Assembly: GCA_046563655.1 (NCBI GenBank)
Contig: CM102284.1
Span: forward strand, 9,052,001 to 9,116,000
DNA: 64,000 bases
DNA from: Yuukianura sp. NJ FZ-2021
Taxonomy: Eukaryota
Direction of reading: 5' to 3'
A program made the position numbers and the translations under genes. The notes beneath the pieces are model-generated. The model was not told the DNA's origin. It saw nothing but the letters and a program-made list of their open reading frames with translations, and searched no databases. Position 1 is the stretch's first letter. Each line of letters begins with the position of its first letter. Below, piece by piece: positions 54,682-64,000 of the stretch.

Positions 54682-57131
54682 ATGGCCACGAGTAGTGCAC
54701 CGAGACCTCCTCAGGGTGGACCTGGAGATCCATCTCGTGTCCCGAATGCCCATGGACCGGACACTTTTGAAGCTCGATGGGCCGAGTACATTCACAGAAT
54801 CAAAGTTCATGAACTCCTTCGTGTCATGGAGGAAGAGCAAAAGAAACTTCAGGTAAACTCGAAATTCTAAAAAGAATCAGTAACTTGCAAAGTTTTAGAA
54901 ATTTTGGAAATTAATTTGAGATTTTGTGATTTGCAGAGTCTTCGAGAACAAACTGACGTGGGTGACCTTCTGTTGGGGATGAAATACTTGGACGATGAGA
55001 ACATGACTGAAGAGGAACAAAACAAAATACTTTTTATGAAAACACTGGAAGAGGAGAAGCAAGAAGTGCTGGAGCTTGCGCAGGAGTCACGACACAACTC
55101 TAAAGACCCAGAATTCGTTTCTAAGAGTGCTCTCAGACTCTTCAAAACGCGTGTCCACATTTCCGATGAACAATTTGAACTTATACTTTCGCTCTGTCGG
55201 GTAATTGACTTTCAAACTTTTTAGAAAACCGACATTTTCGGACTGATTTTCTAGAATTTACTTTTTGTTTTGTGTTTAGGATCGAATGGAGCAGAAGCAA
55301 CTGCGTGACGCCTTTTTGGAAAAGAAGCACCGTGACAAGTACTTGCATAATGCTGGCGAGGAGCGTCGGATGCTCTACGAATTCCTGAACAGCGGAACAT
55401 TCAACCGGATGATGCTGATTCTCATTGCACTCAGCACAGTCATCATCATTCTACTCACAATTGAAGAAATTGCAGTCAGATACTGTAAGAACTGACCTTT
55501 GACCTTGAAATTTTGAAATCTGAATTTGAAGTTTAACATTTTGAAAACTTTTTTTTTGTCATTGTGTAGCCTACCCACTGATGATTATCGACGCATTGAT
55601 TGTTTGCGTTTTTGTGATTGAAGCTGGCGCCAAAATAACATTGTACAAAGAAGACTATTTTCGGAACCTCTGGAACGTCTTGGATCTTATCATCATCTTA
55701 ACCTACTTTCTGGAAATTATAGTGGACTTGATTACCAAAATGCTGGCGCTGAACGCTGAAATTGGGGGATTCCTCATTTTCAAGTTCTTCAAATCTCTAC
55801 GTTCCTTACGACTTCTCCGTGCAATCAAGTAGGTTTTCAAGATCCAAAAATTCCGAAATCGGAGTTATATGAAAACAAATTTGACCTTTGACCTTAATGT
55901 TTTCAGGTTTTTGCCGAATCTACAAGTTATTGTGAGTACAATTTTTCAATCTCTGCTTTCGCTCGGATCAATTGCAGTGCTCATGGGCCTCTTCATGTGT
56001 AAGCGATTTGCATGTTTTTTTAAATTTTACCAAAATTTTTAACTTTGATTTATTCAGTATTTTTTTTTCAGTTTTGTTTGCTATCATCGGACGTGGATTT
56101 TTCAGTGAAAATGATCCGATTCACTTTGGGAATTTATGGAGAGCAATTCTGACGTTGTTTCAGTTGTTGACGCTGGACGATTGGTTTGACATACTGGATG
56201 CTTCGGAGAGTGACAAGTACTGGGTCATGTTCTTCTACCTCTTCTTCTACATTGTCCTTGAAACATTCGTTTTTCTCAAGTACTTTTTAGAAATTTTTAG
56301 ACAAACTTTTCAAAAAACTGGGCCAAATCATATATATTTTTTTGATTTTGTAGCTTGTTCGTGGCCGTGTTGGTGGACAATTTTCAATTGGCGTTGAAAG
56401 ATGCAAGTGTTAGCGACTCTTCTAAACGAATTGACTTCTCGCAAGCATCTGAACTTGGTCTTGACACAGTAGAAGATGAAGAGGACATTGACGATGTTGT
56501 TATTGACACGAACACTGAAAAGGCTCGGCTTACGATTCCCAAAAAAACGAGTAAAAAAAAATGAAAATCAGTTTTTGAAATCTAATGTCCAAAAGTTAAT
56601 GCTGACCTTTGACCCTCAGATATTCGTCAACCCAAGGACCATCAGCATGGACTTGACCTGGAAGTGGACGATTATTACTCTCTAGATAAAAACTCAAAGT
56701 AAAAAACGTTTTCACTGTGAAAGTTGAATTTTGTGGTTCAATTTTGTTTTACTTTTTATTTTCAGAGAAGGGAAACTCATTACTGAAAACTTGAAACTCC
56801 TGAATTCGCTGGATTTTGAACATTTCATTTGGATTCGACGGATGAAGATACTGGCGACGATTATGGAAAAAGCAACGCTTTCAAAGGTATCGCAAGTTTA
56901 GTTAATTGTTAATGTCAAAAATTTGATCCATTGACCTTGTGCAGCAAAATACTTGGAATGTCCATGACAATGTGCCTGACCTTGGTCCGGATGACGGTAC
57001 GTTCTACGCAACCATGATTCGATACTTGCAGTTTTAATTTGTTTTGTTGTTAACAAATACTTCCAGATCGACATACCAAGTTCTCTTCGACTTACGAGCA
57101 GCAAGAACGAAATGAAGCGGATGATATTTGA
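54682..57131 (+). CDS. CATSPER1: CatSper1-like single-repeat 6-TM cation channel subunit
   Basis: S2-S3 YFRNLWNVLDLIII; S4 FKFFKSLRSLRLLRAIKFL; pore HFGNLWRAILTLFQLLTLDDW; S6 FVFLNLFVAVLVDNFQLAL; C-terminal helix KLITENLKLLNSLDFE. Only one repeat; spliced frame open to TGA 57129-57131. Confidence 0.8.
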
Positions 57132-57734
57132 GAAGATTTTGCAATTTGCAACCAATCGGAGAACAAACGACCTTGTGATCTTCGAATTGAGATTTTTCAC
57201 TTCGCTTCTTAATAAGAAGCGTCCCGAGATTTCGGGGCGGCACGACGGTTCGGGACCACTGAACCGGAGTAAATGGTGGGTACCGATGACGTCATGCGAT
57301 CGTGACCTTTTAAATGTGATTTGCACAACTTGACCTGACGTTGAGATAAATTCGTTTTGATAATATTCAATAGTTTATTAATATTATTGGTACAAGAATA
57401 TTAGTCGCATGCCCATGTTTGAAACATGGGTCTGGAAGAAGCGAGGGAACTCTACTCCTACCAATTTAAAATCAGATTCAAAACAGTGAAAAAGTTCATA
57501 TTTTTAATTTGAACAAAACAACTTAGAAAAGTAGTAAGATTATTTTAATTGACTATTAATTAACTATTCAGTACTGCGGTCGGCGAAGCGATTTTCACTA
57601 AATTACTTCACCGTGTAACAACCAAGGTATTTGTAAGTACTTAGTACTTCTTAAACTTTCATTATGTCATTGGTCATTGGTGTTTATAAGACAACTATTA
57701 TCTTTAGGCCGGACGCCGAAGTCAACACTCAACA

Positions 57735-58723
57735 ATGCCTGACAGAAGAGCAAAGAAATCAATCGACTTCAAAGAATCCAGCGACAGCGATGACGATATG
57801 GATACTTCCACGCCGGAAAAGGAAGATGGCGAAACTGCTGATGCAGATAATGACGAAGATAAGGATGACGAAGAGGAAGAAGAAGAGGAATTCACTGTTG
57901 AGGCCATCTTGAACAAACGAGTCACTGGAGGTGTGACCAAGTATCTCATCAAGTGGCAGGGATATAACGAGTAAGACATTTCAGATTCACGAATTATGAA
58001 AACTCAAAAGTTGTCGAAAACAACGACATTTTGATTTTTAAATTCTTTTAGGGATTACAATACGTGGGAACCAGCGGAAAACTTGTACTGTGACGAAATC
58101 CTGGAAGAATTTGAGCGAACTTGGAAAGAAAAACGAAGCGGAAAGGCAAAGGCCGGAAAAGCTGGTCCAAAGTCCAGTGCTGCTCACAGCAGTGCCAGTA
58201 CTTCCAAAAATTCAGCCACTGCTGGCACTCGAGCTTCGTCCACTACTGCTTCTGGCGGTGATGGGCAAACTCCCGAAGCTGATGATCTGGACCACTTTGA
58301 CGAAGATGGAAAGCAATCTGCAGGGTCTCTCTTTAGCAAGAAAACGAAACGGATAGATCTCAGGGTAATTTTGGCTAAAAACGTTTGAAATCGTTTCCTA
58401 GAATTCTAATAAAAAATCATTCTCGTGTTTAGCCTCAAGTGGAAGGCAAATCATATGGCCTTGATCGTGGACTGGAACCTCGCTACATCGTTGGGACTAT
58501 CGTGAATTCGAAAGGAAAGAAGTTCTTCCTCGTCATTTGGTACGACAATGACGAAGAGGGTGACATGGTTCCTGTGGATGAGTTCAGTGAAAAGTTTCCG
58601 GAGTTCACAATGTCGTATTTGGAAGGTCATCGCGTTTGGCTTCCAAGTCCAGACTATTATGATGACGAAGACGACCCTGGCACAATGGACACTGACACCT
58701 TAGCAGAAGTAACCACGCCGTAG
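57735..58723 (+). CDS. HP1/chromobox-family protein (chromodomain plus divergent chromoshadow domain)
   Basis: Acidic tract, then EFTVEAILNKRV...KYLIKWQGYNEEDYNTWEPAENLYC; basic/Ser hinge; GLDRGLEPRYIVG...FLVIW...EKFPEFTMSYLEGHRVW. Confidence 0.88.
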
Positions 58724-59183
58724 AGTCCTAAGTATTAGCCTTATTAAACCTATTAAACTTTTTATTTTACAAATTAGTAAATTGTTTAATTTACACTTCC
58801 TGCTTCTGCTAACCATTTATAAATCAAAGTAAAATAAAATGTATGAACACAAGCGAAGTGACATGTAGATCATTGCGTAAATAAATAGTGAACTGAGCTG
58901 AATTAATTTACTGTCCCAAATCGTAGTAATTACAATTAAGTAACTTATTAAATAAACTAGTTCGCTATTGTCTCAAGATTTTAAAGAAACAAAACTGCTT
59001 TGAGACAGAACGTTTTTAAAAGCGTGGGAAAATGGCCGACATTAGTGTTTGAATAATTTGTGTGGTTGATGTAGCAGTTACTGGCACAACTCTGGTCACC
59101 CTGTGAATTTGTGTGGTTAGAGTAGGAGTTACTGCACACCACGCTTGTCACCCACTCTGATTTTGAACTGAACTTTAACACGG

Positions 59184-59369
59184 GGAGATAGGCAGAAGAG
59201 AGGAAAAGTTGACAGGAGATTATGCGACGCAGGAAGGCTACACTTCCTTCCCTATCCTTACCACGGCACTTCCCTTCCCATACAAAAAGCAAAGGAGAGA
59301 AATAGCCCTATGTCGCCTCTTCGCTTCGTATAATCTCCGATCTACTTTTCTGCTCTCCCGTCCATCTCC
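59184..59369. other. Long imperfect inverted repeat (60-bp arms, 66-nt spacer)
   Basis: 59184-59243 aligns ungapped with the reverse complement of 59310-59369 at 43/60 positions. Confidence 0.8.
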
Positions 59370-59653
59370 AATGTAAAAGACTCCTCAAAAACTTTCAAAA
59401 AACACAACCAGCATTCCTCAAAATTTATTATTCCCGTCTTTTACAAAATTCTAAAAATTTACATCTTGCAGCGATTTATGTGATTACAGCGCTCGAAGTA
59501 AGTTGCGAAACATCTTTTCACATATTTTAGTGCAAAATTTTTTGCATAGTAGACTTCCTTGTTGGAAGATTTTTGTTATTTATTAAACTTCAGCAACATG
59601 CATCTTATTGGATTCATCGAAGTTAATCGAAATTTGGAATTGGATGAAAATTT

Positions 59654-60653
59654 TTAGTTGCGTGCAGACTTCATTGCAGATGCCGGAGAGGAATTTTTGC
59701 GTTCCGGGAATCCAGGAGTGGACATGCGGCTCTTCCAGTTTCGAAACTGGTTGAAATCGTCGTAAGTCTGAGTAATACTTTGTGTTTGAAAACGTGTAAC
59801 TTTTATAGCCCGTCGATCTTCTCCAGTAATTTTTCCAATGAATCCGGCTCTACGCATCAGTGCATCAATCGTCTCCACTTTTGTCCAACCTGTCCAGAAA
59901 ACGAAGAAACTGTCAACATTTTTGAAGATACTTGTGCAGTATATTCCTTGCCTGTTCCAACTGCATACTCCGGCAGAAAATTGGCTTCTCGTCGCTTGTC
60001 CTTGTCCTTTCCACGTCCTTGAGGCAGTACCAACTGTAGTCCATGCACTCCAATAGTCCAATCCAGAAAATGCTTCCCTTCTTCAAAGTTCCAGAGCAGG
60101 GAGACTGTCACTTTCAGATCCGGAATCTCTTCGCTCTTAATCGGCTTGAAACGTTCGTCTTTCGTAGCACTGGATACGTAGGAATTTTGACATTTGACGT
60201 TGACCAGGTCAAAGCTTATGACTTTTTTCTTACCTAGAAACTGCAAATTCTCCAAGACCAGCCATGAGCGGCAGTGGATCGAAACTTCCAAGAGATCCAC
60301 GGATACCATCGTCATCATCCTTGAGAGTCCAAGTCACAAAAACCGGACTAATCAAAAACAAACCAAGACAAAAAGTCAAATGTCTCTGAAGTTTCGTTTT
60401 TGGATTCATAGGTCATCGGGGCTTACAAAGATACTGCTGGAAGGTCAACTGAAATTGTTGGAACCGTGTTCTTCAATGTAGAGATGAGGACATCGAAACA
60501 GTAGAAAGCCATTTCCGGAGTGACAATAGTTGGTTGTGGTTTTGGAGCAAAGATGTTCCAAATGTCAACCGATCCTGATCCTCGTGGTCCAAATCTGTCA
60601 CCAAATCGGACAGGAACTGATCTACGACGTCGAGGACGACTCGTGCTTGCCAT
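59654..60653 (-). CDS. AMMECR1-family protein (divergent)
   Basis: MAFYCFDVL, FPVFVTW, IRGSLGSF, SATKDERFKPI, VTVSLLWNFE, DWTIGVHGL, ANFLPEYA, GWTKVETIDALMRRAGF, IKVTRFQT. Confidence 0.88.
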
Positions 60654-61037
60654 TTTGAAGTACTCAAAAGTATCTCAGTAGTATTGGAAAGCTATTCAGC
60701 GGAAGTGCACCGCTACTGCTTGTAGCACCAGCAGAGGTCCTGCGTCAAGATCAGTTGGAAACCCAACTTCTTTTTGAAACTTATAGATAACTTCTTTTTG
60801 AGAAAACGTAAAAAACAAATAAATTTCGAAATTTTAACGAGGTTGCTACGCCATTTTTACTCTAAAGCGACATTTAGGTAATAGGCGATGAGTATTCCCT
60901 AAATTACTTGCATTTCTTAACATCCTATAGAGGTCAACGGGATCAGTTTACACGGCGCGTGTGCAGACACACGCTTACGTAAAAAGCGTGATCGGATTCT
61001 TCTGGTCAACACGCAAATCACGTGGTCGCGTCTATTA

Positions 61038-63560
61038 CTACGTGATTGGTATAAATGGCTTCATGTCACTTAGGCCCAGTGACTCCCAGAATTTGTACCG
61101 TTCCAGATTCGGTTCAGGAATCATCTTGACCTCTTCGTTAATCGAGAGGACGCGGATGTTTCTAGGATCTTTGATGACGTCTATCGTTATTAATTTAGTT
61201 CCATTTTCATCGATGTAGGATGGTTCTCTGTTGAAAAGTGGAAGTAATCAGTAATTAATCAAGTTGTTTTAACTAAAAGTGAGGAAATTTTACCCAGTTG
61301 ACACAAAAGTGGCAATGAGACTGGTCATAAGTTTGACCATTGCCCACTCAGGGTCCGTTGTCCGATATCCCGGGTAGTACTCGCTCATGTTAAAGTATAT
61401 TGACAAATCGTCCGTGTGCGTCACACCTATTCAAGGTTAGTTAAAAAATAAGTTAGTTTAAAGTTTGGTTCGACTACTTTTATGTTTGGAAGTTATGTTA
61501 TTTAACCATGATTCTTTGGATCTGCGCCAAGTAGACCTAGGATACTTGCTTGTGCTTGGTAGCTGTAAATCCAGGAAAAAGTTGGGGCAATCTGAGAATG
61601 ACGTTGCAATCCCTTGTGAACTCCATAACCGAAAACCCTGTCCTCCGTCATCTGAAAAAAGGTCAAAGGTCAACATATTTTACATGACGTGGTCAAACTA
61701 GGTCAAATTTCGCAACAAAATTTAGATTTTTTTTTCAAAAATGACTTGCTTACCGCGGAGTACAGACTTCCATTGGTGGCAAATTTATTTTCTTTAGTGT
61801 AAAACGAATTTGCCTTGTCCGTGATTTCGTTGGGATTGTCCGCGCTTAGCCTGTAATCCTGCAAAATGGGAGCAAATATTCGCCAAATCGGTCGAGTTAT
61901 GACGTTTTCTCGTCGAAATCCGAGTAATCCAAACACTGAAAAATTTTGAAACAAATTTTTAGAAAACGGAATTGACAGTTTGAATGTTGACCTTAAGCTT
62001 AATGTTTCTTACAAGTAAACAATGCTTGTGATTCGTTTGAATTCCTAGCGTTGATCCAGGGTACTTTGGCCACTTCATTTTGAGCGTAGAGCTCATCTGG
62101 AGATGCTGTCAGAAAGGCTCCAGTCACGTTTCGCTCAATCACGGCTCCAAGGGGAACCGGGGGTAGCAGTGGTAGGTCCTGAAAAAAGTAACAAAACAGG
62201 AATTGGTTTTTCGAAAATTGGAATTGGAATTGGAAAAAAATTCCAAAACTTCCGTTTTGTCCAAAATTTGAATCTTACGAAAGTGAAAAGCAGCATTTTA
62301 GCCAGCATACTTCCACGAATTTTTTTGAGGCAACTGACGAATGCTTGACTGGGTTTCTCCGGACAATTAGCAGCTCTGGCGACTTTTTGGCTGCGGTATT
62401 TCAACGTCTTCGGACTCATGATGGCCCAGGAACTGTAAGCATTTCCACTGATTGAGATTGCCTTTGAAAACTTTCCGCGACTCAACGGTGACATCATATG
62501 CAAGTGGACACTGGCAGCTCCAGAAGATTGACCTGTCAAGTTTAAAAAAAATTGTTCTAACTTTGAATGTTGAATGGTTCTAAGTTTAAAAAAGTTTGAA
62601 TTTCGACCTGCAATTGTAATCTCGGACGGATTCCCCCCGAAGGCCTTGATATTTTTGTGAATCCAAGTCAAAGCCAGTGATTGGTCCTTGAGTCCATTGT
62701 TTCCCGGAAGGACTTCGTCTCCAGTACTTAGGAATCCTAGGACAAGAAATTTCAGAGTAATTGGCACCTAAACTGGTTTTGAATACTGGATGCTGGATGC
62801 TGCTTACCAAGTACACCCAGTCGGTAGTTGACCGTGACCAGAATGACGTCGTGTTCCAGAAGATATGCTGGACCATATTCAGAACCAGCCCCAAAATACC
62901 AACTTCCGCCATGGATGAACACGAGTACTGGATAGTTCGGGCGCTTCCTCTTGGTCGGAACCTGGAATTTCAAAATTTAGTTTTTCAAAAATTCAAATTC
63001 CCAAAATTTCAAATTTCGAAAATTGTGAAAAATTTACCTGAGGTGTGTAGATGTTCAGGGACAAGCAGTCTTCACTGCCCACCAATTGCATAACATGGAC
63101 GACGTGTAGCTGGAGACACTTCTCAGTTGGACTCTTCGCTTGTCTGACTCCAGTCCAACTCCTCTTCGGAATCGGAGGCTGCAAGGTCAAAGGTCAGCCA
63201 AAGTGTTCAAAATTTTCAAAAAATTCACAATTTCAAAATACAAAATGTATGAACTTTATAAAGATTGGTTACCTGGAACCGGTTTTTGCCGCCTGTGTCT
63301 TCTGCGTATAGAATTCCTTCAAATGCTGCAATTGACCTGCCTTTGATAGTACTCATGCGGTATCCTTCCAGGAATCCAGAACTGGTTTTGACAATGGGGT
63401 AGTCCGACTTGTCAATGTCATTGAAATTATAGTCTCGTCCACTTCGGTCACCAATCCCAGTGTTAACTGACCTTTGACCTTGCAAAGGGTCACTCGGATA
63501 CTCATGTTCACACCGAAACAGGGAACAAAACACAGCTACCAGCATTTTCCTAATCTCCAT
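61038..63560 (-). CDS. Type-B carboxylesterase (carboxyl/cholinesterase family), probably secreted
   Basis: AFEGILYA, GSEDCLSLNIYTP, PVLVFIHGGSW, VNYRLGVLGFLS, GNNGLKDQ, AFGGNP, nucleophile elbow GQSSG, catalytic His in GVTHTDDL. Confidence 0.93.
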
Positions 63561-64000
63561 TTTTAACTATCGTTTTCTCTCCAGTTTTACAATTGCAAAG
63601 TTGCAATTCTTACTTAAAAGATGCTAGAAATTGTTCTGGACGGTGCGCACTCTGATTCTTATATAATTTTCTTATCATAATATTCTAATCTGATTCTTAT
63701 ATAATTATAATAATACACAAATAATTAGTTTAATTAATTCCAGTTCTAGAAGTCTGAGATTCCAGAACGACGATGACTTGCGCTTGAGCTAACAATTGAC
63801 AATGCCGCATAGTTTTTGTTGCAATTGAAGCAGGAAAATTTCTTGGCCAAAATGATTATGGACAAAGGAAAAACTAAACTTGGAAGTACACAAAAACTGG
63901 ATTTTCGCACCTACACGTGAAACACATCGATTATAATTCCGTAATGAGAATGACTTGATGCTTCAAGCGACCTTCGACCCCACAAACCAACACAAAAAAA

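Noticed and set aside
62520-62535. Calling the esterase a juvenile hormone esterase
   Set aside because: The elbow is GQSSG, not the JHE-typical GQSAG, and substrate cannot be inferred from motifs.

Overview
Gene-dense eukaryotic (animal) genomic DNA with AT-rich, mostly 50-150 bp spliceosomal introns, so the ORF track gives only exon fragments. An arthropod source is inferred from the PDZ-MTED-Sec7-PH architecture of Efa6. I hand-spliced about 16 protein-coding genes: fibrillin (5' part, runs off the left edge), EXOC6/Sec15, a 66-aa secreted peptide, an RNF212/Zip3-like RING protein, TEX261, PSD/Efa6, SERP1/RAMP4, an RBM46/RBM47/A1CF-family RRM protein, ASCC1, TAF1, TUBGCP3, a Thr-rich secreted orphan, a CatSper1-like channel, a divergent HP1, a divergent AMMECR1-like protein and a carboxylesterase. 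The strongest non-routine signals are: (1) a 3-kb non-coding element with AGTAGT...ACTACT termini, 114-bp TIRs and a 5-bp TSD (Polinton/Maverick-like) filled with three satellite arrays; (2) an intact CatSper1-like subunit with a TLDDW filter; (3) a 13-mer (TGACCTTTGACCT) recurring in sense orientation in introns of several genes; (4) two orphan secreted proteins and a 186-nt intergenic hairpin. All family assignments come from recalled motifs, not database searches, and exon boundaries are manual.
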